A program made the position numbers and the translations under genes. A stretch of DNA of 63,600 nucleotides, filler included, from Aduncisulcus paluster (lineage: Eukaryota): NCBI GenBank assembly GCA_024181965.1. It is 8 parts of 8 records of this genome, joined end to end, with 100 filler letters (N's around TTAATTAATTAA, not from the genome) between each part and the next. Parts side by side here need not be neighbours in the genome. Positions count along the whole stretch, not along the records: positions 1 to 13,704 come from BQXS01012306.1; positions 13,805 to 16,069 come from BQXS01012307.1; positions 16,170 to 20,750 come from BQXS01012308.1; positions 20,851 to 23,566 come from BQXS01012309.1; 4 more parts are not named here. One strand, written 5' to 3'. Numbering within the stretch: position 1 is the stretch's first letter; every line of letters begins with the position of its first letter. The notes below the pieces were generated by a model. The model had not been told where the DNA came from. It saw nothing but the letters and a program-made list of their open reading frames with translations, and did not search any database. This document shows positions 12,539 to 22,960 of this stretch, piece after piece.

Positions 12539-13201
12539 TTAGATTATCCAATTGCGAGTTGCTTCCATTTTAGTCAAAAACCGCTCGTCTAAATAATTAT
12601 ACGATTGTTCATGTATTGAAAATGTTCCAAGGAGAGTTTCGATGAACAACTCACTGAATACCTGAGATTGTCCACTTGTCAATATCTGTGAGAGAAGAGG
12701 GGATATTCGAGGATATATAGTGATGCAAAGAGAATTGCAGTTGAGAATAGAAACGTTTAGAATCATGAATAATGTCATTGTGATTGAACTAACCCCTGGT
12801 TCTCCCGTTTCTTCTTCTCCCGTTTCTTCTTCTTCTTCTTCTTCTTCTTCAGAATCGCCCTCTCTTAAAACGGCTTCAACTCTCAGAATTGGATCGAGAT
12901 AGTCCTCAAAGAATTCCTTCAGCCGATAGACTTCAATGGCTTTATATTTTATAAAGAGCAACAAACACTCGAACCACAGTGTGAAAAGATCTCGATTTGA
13001 TCGGAGGGAAGAGATGGAAGTTGAAGACTGAGGGCTTGTAAAATCTTTGAAAATTGTCTTTAGACGAGGAATATTTTCTTCATAGATGCATTTTAAGTCG
13101 GATGAATTTGGTGAGTGTTTGATAGATTCTATCAAAACTTTAAGCTGAGCGTGAGCTTTCTGAGGAATTGGGGAAACTTGAGGTTGATGGAGTTGAGACA
13201 T
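12539..13201 (-). CDS. Lineage-specific alpha-helical (ARM-like) family member, probably C-terminally truncated; paralogue of 20852-21742
   Basis: Likely ATG 13201 (MSQLHQPQ). NRDLFTLWFECLLLF and IYPRISPLLSQIL align by eye with MITLCIQCLRLF and FYSKISATLLDFF of the 20852 ORF. Confidence 0.55.
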   Translation of the reverse strand: MSQLHQPQVSPIPQKAHAQLKVLIESIKHSPNSSDLKCIYEENIPRLKTIFKDFTSPQSSTSISSLRSNRDLFTLWFECLLLFIKYKAIEVYRLKEFFEDYLDPILRVEAVLREGDSEEEEEEEEETGEEETGEPGVSSITMTLFMILNVSILNCNSLCITIYPRISPLLSQILTSGQSQVFSELFIETLLGTFSIHEQSYNYLDERFLTKMEATRNWII

Positions 13202-13704
13202 TGATTTAACTATATTGAATTGTTTTTGGTTTGAATCGATTATTATTATTATTATTACTAGTTCCTTTGGGGTCGAATCGGAGTTTGATTTCGAAGAAAT
13301 AAAAGAAGAGACAGGGATATAAGAAAAGATAATTGAAATGATATTCATTATAATAGAGATGTTTTATAAAAGTGCAATATAAATGTTGATAAATATTGTT
13401 TTGAATTCATCATATTCCCCTTGAGAAATAATGACAATGCAAACCCATCAATATCTCGCACAAACACATACTATTATGGCCACCCCAAGCAAAATATTCT
13501 CAAAGAGTGGAGGATAAAGAAGATTTCTGAGGGAAGTGTCGGACAAAACGAACGAAATCTGAAATCGAAACTTTCAAGCGATTTTGTCAGCAATCAATAT
13601 CTTTGGAGGATTTCTCTGATGTTTTTTTTCGGCATGAAATAATTTTTATTCCTTCATATTGAATTAATATCGATATCTAACCTGCTATTGCAACAAATTA
13701 TATC

Positions 13705-13804
13705 NNNNNNNNNNNNNNNNNNNNNNNNNNNNNNNNNNNNNNNNNNNNTTAATTAATTAANNNNNNNNNNNNNNNNNNNNNNNNNNNNNNNNNNNNNNNN
13801 NNNN
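13705..13804. other. Artificial contig spacer
   Basis: N44-TTAATTAATTAA-N44, which gives stops in all six frames. Confidence 0.97.
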
Positions 13805-13811
13805 ATTATGA

Positions 13812-14393
13812 TTTGGCCGTCGAGAAACAAGAGATCTCATCAAAGATTGGACGGATGATCGTTTACAATCCAAAGAGGAACTTCCGAAAGAACATTTGGA
13901 TACTGATCTCTATGTCAGCCAGATAACTGAAAATATCAAGTCTTTAATTGAATCTGCCAAGAAACATCAAGTTGTCCAGGCAAAAGCGGCAAAAACTTCC
14001 GTGGTAGCATCAGAGACTTTGGTTATGATAAAAAGATATCCACCTCCACTCAGGCTTCAATTTCCGTGGGAAGGACCATACAAGGTATTGGAAAAGACAT
14101 CTGACGTAGAGTATTGTGTTCAGAGTCTTTTGGGAGCGAAGCGTTATGCACACATCGACGACATAAAGATCTTGGGTAAAGATGTGGATATTGACAAGGC
14201 TATGAACAGCTTAGCCCAAGACATGGGAAGAAGAATTCCAAAAACAGTTCTGAGACAAAAAGGTCGTGGGAGAAATGAACTTTTTGAAGTTAACTGGTAT
14301 GGAACACCAGAATCGAAGACAACGTTTATAAAAAGAGCAGAAATTGAACATAGTTTGGCCTTCAAAGAGTTTTTGGACAGTAAGAAGAAGTAA
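13812..14393 (+). CDS. pol: Pol C-terminus (end of integrase, GPY/F module, chromodomain), 5' partial
   Basis: FGR..., LQFPWEGPYKVLEK, and chromodomain-like PKTVLRQKGRGRNELFEVNWYGTPESKTTF. Confidence 0.85.
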   Translation, partial: FGRRETRDLIKDWTDDRLQSKEELPKEHLDTDLYVSQITENIKSLIESAKKHQVVQAKAAKTSVVASETLVMIKRYPPPLRLQFPWEGPYKVLEKTSDVEYCVQSLLGAKRYAHIDDIKILGKDVDIDKAMNSLAQDMGRRIPKTVLRQKGRGRNELFEVNWYGTPESKTTFIKRAEIEHSLAFKEFLDSKKK

Positions 14394-14621
14394 CCATTAC
14401 GGAAAAGAGCAAAAACCTCATCTCCTTGCATTTTCCTAAAAAAAAAAAAAAAAAAAATCCTTTGATAAAAGTTTAATCTCCATAATTCTGTTTCTATAGA
14501 AATGCAAAGATTTTCATATTTTGTTATTGGTCGTGTAACTTCTCAGATCTATTTATAGAACCTTGATCACTCCGATCACATTTATTCAATAAATTGCTAA
14601 CGTCTACAATATTAATATTAG

Positions 14622-16069
14622 ATGACAAGTAAGGAGACCCACAAGGACCCGAAACCAACTGTATTCACAACGGAAGCGGCCCCGAAAATGCCGAGATTGG
14701 ACGACTTGGTGACAGAGTCTTGGAACACTTTCGTAGGCGAGTTTGATCATTACCTGAGCTTGGGGGGCACAAAAGCATGGACCGAACTCATCGACAGCAC
14801 GGTACTTGATATTATTAAGGACCTGGCTGAGGTAACAGATTTCAAATCTGCGTCGAACAGAAGGAAGGCCCGAGTCGCTGTGGACAAGATTTTCGGAGCG
14901 AGCACGACCTTGAACTTATACGACAGCTTGCGACAGGTGCGTATGACATCGGAGCTTAAGATGGATGCATTGATGGCGTATACGAAGGATTTTAAGGCTA
15001 TCCGGAACCGAGTACCGAAATTGGGAGAAACAAAACAGATTGGGGAACTTTACACAAGAGGTTTGTTCACCGGAAGATTGAAACAATGTGTACAGGCAAG
15101 GATAACGGACACAAGCGAGTTGGGTACTATTATTGGCGTGGCGATCAGTGAACTGAAGAAGTTAATCGAAGCAGAGTTGACACACAAGGCGTTGATGTAT
15201 GAAAAGCGTTATCGAATGGATTTTAAAGCCAAGGATGAAGTTACTGGGAAAAAATGTCACGTGTGTGGAAAAGTGGGACATTTGGCGAAGGATTGCTGGA
15301 ATGCCAAAGGAAAGAGAAGATTCGCGGGTACCCAGAGTAATTTGACGGGGTCCAGCGAAAAAAGGGGTGCTCAATGGATTGTTAGCACCGATCCACGATA
15401 TAATCGATTTTATCCGACTATTATCTGTAGAAAATGTGGAAAGAAGGGGCATTTCGAAAAGTTTTGTAAGGAGAAGGAAGTAATTAAGAGTAAAGACAAA
15501 AGTTGTTATTATGAGATATTAAAAATAGGCACAGGGAAGGATTTTACGGTGGAAATGAAAATTTTCCGAGATGGAAAAGATAAAGGGACGATTATGGAGG
15601 TATTGCTAGACTCAGGAGCGAATACCTCAGTAATTGCGAAAGATTTGGCCGAGAAATTAGGATATCTATCATTAACGGAAAAAGGGGAAGCAACAGTTGC
15701 TTCAGGAGAAATTATCCCGACTTTTGGGAAGCTATCCTTAGGTTTAGAATTCAATTCGAGCCTAGGACAGAAATTGCGAATAGAGGAGGAGTTTGTGGTG
15801 ATAGAAATGCAAGATCTCAGCCATAAGATATTGATTGGGGCACCTACAATTAAGGAATACGACTTATTAAGATCACCAGTGGTAGAACAAGGAAACAGTG
15901 AATTAGAAAAGGAAATTGGTAACGGTTTTGTAGAAATCCCCACAAAAAAGGATTGGGAAAAGGAGAAAGAAAAGGAATTCAACTGCGACATTAAAGAATT
16001 GGAAAGAGAGATTAAAGATATACTTGGAAATTATACAAGGATGATAAACCACGATGAGCCTGCTAAAGT
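14622..16069 (+). CDS. gag: Gag-protease polyprotein, 3' partial
   Basis: CHVCGKVGHLAKDC and CRKCGKKGHFEKFC (CX2CX4HX4C); VLLDSGANTSVI and ILIG protease motifs in the same frame. Confidence 0.9.
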
Positions 16070-16169
16070 NNNNNNNNNNNNNNNNNNNNNNNNNNNNNNN
16101 NNNNNNNNNNNNNTTAATTAATTAANNNNNNNNNNNNNNNNNNNNNNNNNNNNNNNNNNNNNNNNNNNN
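16070..16169. other. Artificial contig spacer
   Basis: N44-TTAATTAATTAA-N44. Confidence 0.97.
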
Positions 16170-16170
16170 C

Positions 16171-19100
16171 TCTTATAGTTCTATTAGCACAGGTCTCACA
16201 TCTCTCTCTCTGAGTGGGTGTGCACTTGATAAGCTCGAAGATGTTCTTGATTTGACCCCGATTCATGCTGAAGACGATGCAACATCCAACTTCAAGCTCA
16301 TCTCTTTAGATCTCTCTTCGAACAACATTTCTGATGTGTCTGTGTTGTTCACCGAGGATATCATATCATCTTCCAATCTGACCACTCTTGACATTAGTGA
16401 TAACAATATTTGTGACATTGGTAATGTTGTGACATTATTGGAAGATCAGTTCTCAGGTATTTCTATATCAAGTGCAACCCAAAGCTGTCCAGATGATTGT
16501 ATTGAGAATGATAGCGAACCATCGATGTCTCATCACAAGACATGTCGCAAGCAGAAGAATGGTGGCTACGCTGTTGAATGTTGGAATGGATACTATTATG
16601 ATTCGATATCTAATAGTTGTATTGAAGCGACCACAAATGATGAACAACTCCGCTGCCAGGTGTGTGAACATGATGAGTATCATATTGCTGTGATGGAGAA
16701 TGGTGCTAGTGTTGTGACATGTGGCTGTCGAGAAGGATGGTGGGGAGATTATTGTGATAAAGAACTTGTCATTGTAAATATCATTGACTCTAACCTTCGT
16801 AATGATTTTTGCATTGCTGCTGGATATAGTAGTGAATGTGATGTTCTGACTAGTGAAGATTTGTATTACATTACAACTCTTAGCGCCTCCAAAGTCGATA
16901 CATTTGAAGGGATGAGTTATGCTGTGAATCTCACTTCTTTCTCTGTGTATGATACAAACTCATCAACCGCAATCATCAATACAACTGAGATTGGATATTT
17001 GCCCCCTTCCATTACTTCGATGACGTTGAACAACATGAATCTTGCAGATGATACTGATTTCTCATTGTTACCATCGTTAAGCATTCTTGATGTGAGTAAC
17101 AACTTGGAGTATTCCCTTATCGAAAGTGGTTTGTTTCCATATACATTAACTTCAATTGAAGTTTCTTCCTGCACAAAGTTTGCAGAAGAACATTCTTTCC
17201 CATTTCTTCCATCCACCATTAATACAATTATTGCCGAAAATCTCACTATAACCGACTTGTCCCAGTTTAGTCCCACTGTATTTCCAATATTAACCACTCT
17301 AAAACTTGGGAATTGCTCTATCAGTGATTTGTCTGGGTTTGAAAGTTGGATTTCTCCTATTCTTTCTATTCTTGATCTCAGCAACAACAAAATCACTGAT
17401 CCTTCTCCATTATATGAATTGAGTGGAACATTGAGAACCTTAAATCTTTCATACAATGAAATATGTGGAATGAATACAGAAGGAATAAGCAATTTCAAGA
17501 AACACTTTGCATCACCCACTAGCTTTTCACTCTCATCGCAAGATTGTATATGTTCTGATGCTATGAGTTCCAGTATTGTGTATGAAAGAAATAACGCCAT
17601 AGTATGTTCTGAGACTGCAAGTGGATCTGGCAACTATTTCACCACTTGTTCCAGTGATGCTATTGCAACTTACACATCTGCTACTTCGTTTTCTTGTAAT
17701 ACTACTTACGCGTGTTCTGGTGGATGTCCATATGGGCAAGAGTGTCGTTTCAATGCCACGAAAAGTAATGGTGAATGTGTTGATGTTATTACAGATTCTA
17801 ATCTTCATTCATGTGTCGCCGATTTGATTGGTTCAAACGATAAGGTTAATGAGGGAAATGGCAACTACAAGTTTAGCGTTGCATCCTTGAAGAGCATAAC
17901 TATACCAACCCTGGATTGTAGTAGCAAGAGTGTGGAAAGCATTGCTGGAATTGAACATGTTGAGATATTGTCATCCGTTGATCTGAGTTCAAATAGTGCT
18001 CTTTCTGATGTATCCTCTTTGTCAACTCTTACGAATGTAACTGTTATTGACATGAGTGACAACATATCATACAATGTAACAAAAAGAGGTACTTTTCCTT
18101 CATCATTGAAGTCCCTGAATGTAAGTGGATGTACTTCTCTGACATTCCCTGATTTCTTTGGTTACTTGAAGACATCTAGTGGATATTCATTATCTTTGAC
18201 ATCTCTTATGCTGTCTAACAATGATCTATATGATATTGATCTGAGCAATATAAGTAATATGAAAACATTGAACACACTTAAGATGAGTGGGTGTAAGATA
18301 TCGGACATTACTTTCATTAACACACTCTCAGAACTAGAAGAATTGGATATGTCAAATAATTTCATTTTTGATCCTTCTCCATTGTATGCATCCTCGACCA
18401 AACTGACCACTCTTAATTTGAGTAATAATTATATATGTGGAATGGATTCTGATGGTATTTCTGAGTTTAAGACACACTTCTCAAACACATCCTTTAATTT
18501 AACAATGACCAAGAATGATCAAACATGTAATTGTTCGGAGCTTTCATCCAATTTTAGCTACGACTCTTCTCTAGTATGCATTGAAATGTGGAATGGTGAT
18601 TATGGTTCAACGTGTTGTGCCAGTTGTTACCACAATTCATATGTTTCTATTGGTAGTGACAATGATGCGTGTGTATTGATAGATGATGATGATATAATGT
18701 ATGATTCATGTTTCGCCCTATATGACGATCATGAGAGATGCATGGGATATGGAGAAAATGTAACATATAGAACTGTTGATATTGAATGTCTTGATGATTG
18801 GTATGGAGATGATTGTAACTCTGAGTGTCCTGTAAATTGGTATGACGTTGAGTGTAGTGGTTCTTCGTATGGTACGTGTCATACATCAACACACGAATGT
18901 GAGTGTATTGGTGATACAAGAATTGGTTCTGCATGTCAGCTCACATGTGATCCATCCATTGACTGTAGTGGGCATGGTACGTGTGCAGTTGATTCTTCTA
19001 ATGGGACTGAAGAAATAATGTGTGTGTGTCAGAAAGCTTGGACAGGATATGATTGTGCGTCATTATCAATAATTGTATATGTATTTCTCATACTGATTTG

Positions 19101-19416
19101 TATCATTATGCTTCTTTGTTGCTGCTGTTGTTGTTGTTGCCGCAAGAAACAAAAGGGAAAGAAGAGCGAAGGAGTCAATAGACAAATAGAAATGCCAACG
19201 TCAAAGATTGAACCATTTATGATGCCAAAAAATGCTAAATATGATCAACACCATGCATTCAAAATTTTACAAGTTGCACCAGGCCAAATTCAAACAGTTC
19301 CACAACCAATTCAAACAGTTCCACAATCATTTCAGATAGTTCCACAGCCAATTCAAACAGTTCCACCAAGGCGTCCACAAAAAATATTGACCCCGAGTCA
19401 TTTAGAGAGTCTCTAA
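16171..19416 (+). CDS. Type I membrane protein with alternating LRR blocks and Cys-rich/EGF-like modules, TM helix, Cys7 and basic tail; 5' partial
   Basis: LxxLDLSxNxIxD repeats; EGF-like CSGHGTC...CVCQKAWTGYDC; hydrophobic IIVYVFLILICIIMLL then CCCCCCCRKKQKGKK. Frame open from the contig edge. Confidence 0.85.
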   Translation, partial: SYSSISTGLTSLSLSGCALDKLEDVLDLTPIHAEDDATSNFKLISLDLSSNNISDVSVLFTEDIISSSNLTTLDISDNNICDIGNVVTLLEDQFSGISISSATQSCPDDCIENDSEPSMSHHKTCRKQKNGGYAVECWNGYYYDSISNSCIEATTNDEQLRCQVCEHDEYHIAVMENGASVVTCGCREGWWGDYCDKELVIVNIIDSNLRNDFCIAAGYSSECDVLTSEDLYYITTLSASKVDTFEGMSYAVNLTSFSVYDTNSSTAIINTTEIGYLPPSITSMTLNNMNLADDTDFSLLPSLSILDVSNNLEYSLIESGLFPYTLTSIEVSSCTKFAEEHSFPFLPSTINTIIAENLTITDLSQFSPTVFPILTTLKLGNCSISDLSGFESWISPILSILDLSNNKITDPSPLYELSGTLRTLNLSYNEICGMNTEGISNFKKHFASPTSFSLSSQDCICSDAMSSSIVYERNNAIVCSETASGSGNYFTTCSSDAIATYTSATSFSCNTTYACSGGCPYGQECRFNATKSNGECVDVITDSNLHSCVADLIGSNDKVNEGNGNYKFSVASLKSITIPTLDCSSKSVESIAGIEHVEILSSVDLSSNSALSDVSSLSTLTNVTVIDMSDNISYNVTKRGTFPSSLKSLNVSGCTSLTFPDFFGYLKTSSGYSLSLTSLMLSNNDLYDIDLSNISNMKTLNTLKMSGCKISDITFINTLSELEELDMSNNFIFDPSPLYASSTKLTTLNLSNNYICGMDSDGISEFKTHFSNTSFNLTMTKNDQTCNCSELSSNFSYDSSLVCIEMWNGDYGSTCCASCYHNSYVSIGSDNDACVLIDDDDIMYDSCFALYDDHERCMGYGENVTYRTVDIECLDDWYGDDCNSECPVNWYDVECSGSSYGTCHTSTHECECIGDTRIGSACQLTCDPSIDCSGHGTCAVDSSNGTEEIMCVCQKAWTGYDCASLSIIVYVFLILICIIMLLCCCCCCCCRKKQKGKKSEGVNRQIEMPTSKIEPFMMPKNAKYDQHHAFKILQVAPGQIQTVPQPIQTVPQSFQIVPQPIQTVPPRRPQKILTPSHLESL
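19288..19371 (+). repeat. 21-nt coding minisatellite x4 (IQTVPQP) in the cytoplasmic tail
   Basis: Four attcaaacagttccacaacca-type units in tandem. Confidence 0.85.
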
Positions 19417-19555
19417 AAATCAATACAAAACAACATGTTGGACAGTTGAAATATCAATTGTAATACAGTAAATCTGGCTTTCCGCTATTTTTTGTCTCCT
19501 ACTAGGATCATAGTATGAGGAAAACCGATGGAGGTGGTGAATTGCAAGCAAAAAT

Positions 19556-19685
19556 CAAAAATATAAATGCTCTGATATGATATCAGCTGATATCCTTCTG
19601 TTACTACTAGTAATGTTAGTAACAGTGTTAGTTTATTCATAAATCCCGGTTTATCCGGTTGTGGAGCAAGACGTGCTCGAACAAG

Positions 19686-19720
<35 letters not shown>

Positions 19721-20089
19721 AAAAAAGGGCAAAAAACATATAATCATACAGATGGAATAGAGATTATGACATTCTAATAGCATATATGGAGCAAATCTTG
19801 AAGCGATTCCCTCATTGGGGTTTGAAATGAGATTCACTGACTTTAGTCGGATACGAGGGGTAACCAAGTATTGATTTAAGCATAAATAATAATTGGCTCC
19901 TCTTGAATTGCTGAACACAGGGAAACTTTTTGTGAGTAANNNNNNNNNNNNNNNNNNNNCAAAAATATAAATGCTCTGATATGATATCAGCTGATATCCT
20001 TCTGTTACTACTAGTAATGTTAGTAACAGTGTTAGTTTATTCATAAATCCCGGTTTATCCGGTTGTGGAGCAAGACGTGCTCGAACAAG

Positions 20090-20136
<47 letters not shown>

Positions 20137-20342
20137 AAACATATAATCATACAGATGGAATAGAGATTATGACATTCTAATAGCATATATGGAGCAAATC
20201 TTGAAGCGATTCCCTCATTGGGGTTTGAAATGAGATTCACTGACTTTAGTCGGATACGAGGGGTAACCAAGTATTGATTTAAGCATAAATAATAATTGGC
20301 TCCTCTTGAATTGCTGAACACAGGGAAACTTTTTGTGAGTAA
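19556..20342. repeat. ~384-nt direct duplication flanking a 20-N gap (probable scaffolding or haplotype artefact)
   Basis: 19556-19939 repeats at 19960-20342; the only difference seen is in the poly-A tract. Confidence 0.85.
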
Positions 20343-20750
20343 AACCAATTGAGAACCGAAAGGAATAATTTTTGAAAACCAAAATGAAAAGTCCAATGTG
20401 GTATCTCTCAATGATCTAAATATAGATTGTGGCCAAACTAACTATAATGCGGTCCAATTTATTAATAAACAGATCTCGAGCGAACCAATCTATTTTTAGA
20501 ATGTCCCTGAGAATGGTCACCACATCCTCCTCTCACTTGAAGAGGTCATCTCATGGCCGAAACCTGTTCCCCCTTCGTGATCATTCTCTTGGCGTAAACA
20601 AACAACTATTATTTAAGCAAACAACACTCTCAGATCCGTTCGTGTAGCATATACCGGCTACAGTCGGTATTCTGATCAAAATGGGCGCATGACGCATACA
20701 GCATCAATGCAAACATGAACACACATACAATCACAATCAAATGGCGTACA

Positions 20751-20850
20751 NNNNNNNNNNNNNNNNNNNNNNNNNNNNNNNNNNNNNNNNNNNNTTAATT
20801 AATTAANNNNNNNNNNNNNNNNNNNNNNNNNNNNNNNNNNNNNNNNNNNN
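20751..20850. other. Artificial contig spacer
   Basis: N44-TTAATTAATTAA-N44. Confidence 0.97.
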
Positions 20851-20851
20851 T

Positions 20852-21742
20852 AAGAAAATGATCACACTTTGTATTCAGTGTTTAAGATTGTTTGTTAATC
20901 ATTTGTATTCCAGATCTGAAGTCTATCTCCCTATTCCAGTTCTGATTGATCTTGTTGACACTTTTTTTGATCACTTGTCAAGAATTAAGAGATCCAAACC
21001 ATTTCAGGCAGATTTTGATGAAGAGTATTTGTGTATTTGTGCAAATTATACATCAAAAGTTCACAAGGGATATATTGTGAGATTAGATTCATTCTATTCC
21101 AAAATTTCGGCAACTTTGCTCGACTTTTTCAAGAGAGGTACATCAATTTATTTCGAGGTCGAAATTGTTCAATTTTTTTTGTCTACACTCCAAAACATTT
21201 CTTTTGCCTCTTCCCCTGCCACTCGATCCTCTATTTTCAATCTCTTTGAACCATACATCAACAAGTGGTTTAGAATATACAAAGATAGTCAGTGTCATGG
21301 ACATTGGATGTATATTCTATCTAATATTACGCTTTCAAGCGAGGAGGAATCCCCTAACGACTCCCTCTGTTCTGAAGCTTGGCCTCTCTTCCACACTGTT
21401 CTTGATGTTGTTAAGAGAGAGTTTGTTGGTGATAAGATTGTTGGAGATGGCCATGAAGAAGTTATACGATTCTTTACCAATTTATGTTGTGATCCATCGC
21501 ATGCAATTGAAGTCTACGATAATGTTAAAGATCTTCTCGATGGCTGGTTTGAAATTATAAGGGAGAAAAAGCATAAGATGGGAACCAAATACTTGTTCGA
21601 GTTCCTCTCCATGCTCTCCACCGTTCCATCTCTTCTTCCCCACATATCTCCCAAATATGAAAGAATGAAGTGGTGTAGGGCTTACTGTCTGTGGGAAGAT
21701 GATTACAAAATGATCAATGGGTCAATCTGTTCGATAATGTGA
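20852..21742 (+). CDS. Lineage-specific ARM-like helical family protein, 5' partial
   Basis: Open from the contig edge; amphipathic helical, Trp-rich repeats; similar to 12539-13201. Confidence 0.65.
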   Translation, partial: KKMITLCIQCLRLFVNHLYSRSEVYLPIPVLIDLVDTFFDHLSRIKRSKPFQADFDEEYLCICANYTSKVHKGYIVRLDSFYSKISATLLDFFKRGTSIYFEVEIVQFFLSTLQNISFASSPATRSSIFNLFEPYINKWFRIYKDSQCHGHWMYILSNITLSSEEESPNDSLCSEAWPLFHTVLDVVKREFVGDKIVGDGHEEVIRFFTNLCCDPSHAIEVYDNVKDLLDGWFEIIREKKHKMGTKYLFEFLSMLSTVPSLLPHISPKYERMKWCRAYCLWEDDYKMINGSICSIM

Positions 21743-22499
21743 CTTATCGAAATGTATTTATTTATTTATTTTCATTTTTTGTCTTTTTGTCATGTTAAGA
21801 TTATATTTTATTTTTTATTTTATGAGTTATTATATGTTAGGTTAGTGCGATTAGCAAAAATAGTTGTCATTTGAATTTATATTGTGAAATATTTGACCCA
21901 AGGAAATCAAAATACTCGATTGTGTCAAAATTGGATACTCAAAATAGTAAAAGCATCATTGGAATTTAGTTACAGCAATATCAATATTATTATGGCTAAA
22001 TTTAATGAAAACAAGCTCAAACCAATGGGTCAAGTCTATTTTCCTGTTTTGTCTCGATCTTCAGAAATATAATTTGTATGTACTGATAATTATTCTTTTT
22101 AAGCACTTGTGGAGTTGATTACTGTCTCTTTATCAGGTATATATGTATTTACAGGATTAATCGATTCTTTGTTCTTATTCTCTTCAATTTATTCTAATTT
22201 ATCTTATTTATTAGATTAATTTTTATTCAAGAAAGATGAGCTCATCAAAAAAATCGAAATAGTAATGATATGTAGTGTTATTATTGGTTTATACTATTTT
22301 GGTTCTTGATGACTGTTCTTTTTTAATTTGTCCCTAGATTTTATTAATTATTAATTCTTTATCATAAACACAAATATATTACAACTTATTTTAGCCTTCT
22401 TCCATCCATGCTGGGTTTTATGATTGCATTCCTTTTCCACCTGATGATCTGTTGTTGTCTGTCCTAACTATCGTCTATTGCTGCGAAAAGTGAAAGTAT

Positions 22500-22960
22500 G
22501 GGTAATATTTTCGATCAGAATGAAAATGCACAGAAAATGATGAAAGATGAGTTCCATTGGTTCAGTTTCAGTTCATTTCCATTCCTTTCACCTCGTCATT
22601 GAGTCTTTCAGGTGCATATATATATGTTTATCGGGTGACATCTGTGGTTTTCCTTCTTACTTTCTCTCTTACCAAGGATGATGGACTGTAATTGAACTTT
22701 TGCATGAAAGAAGAAGGAAGAGGCAACATAATAGATGTTGGGAAGCTGTATGTGCATATGACTAATTTATACGTTTATCCTTGTCCTTTTATTGTTATAT
22801 TTAATATAATATTTTTTTAGTATGCTTCCGATTGAGGTCCCTCTATTCCAATCCTTGAGGCCAAGGATGTCTCCAAGGGTAAGTCATAAAAGGGCATAAT
22901 CGAGACGCATTGAGGTGAGAAGATGGAAGAGATTGATGATGAGGATGAATAGTCAGTATA
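22500..22960 (+). pseudogene. Decayed copy of the tandem beta-domain found in the 43.7-54.3 kb kinase genes
   Basis: Reads across frameshifts as DQNENAQKMMKDE...ISIPFTSSLSLSGAYICL, the signature of that domain; no intact ORF. Right boundary approximate. Confidence 0.6.

Larger units (their letters stand above)
13805..16069 (+). mobile_element. Ty3/Gypsy chromovirus-like LTR retrotransposon: 3' end of pol, 228-nt spacer, then gag-protease
   Basis: Integrase C-terminal GPY/F motif and chromodomain, followed by an ORF with two CCHC knuckles and an aspartic protease motif. Confidence 0.9.

Noticed and set aside
19485..20411. Minus-strand ORFs with poly-Phe
   Set aside because: Produced by the poly-A tract and the duplicated segment; no coding signal.
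20630..20700. HDV-like or twister ribozyme
   Set aside because: A hairpin followed by CGAA exists on the minus strand, but P1, P3 and the P1.1 GG cannot be formed; twister consensus is absent.
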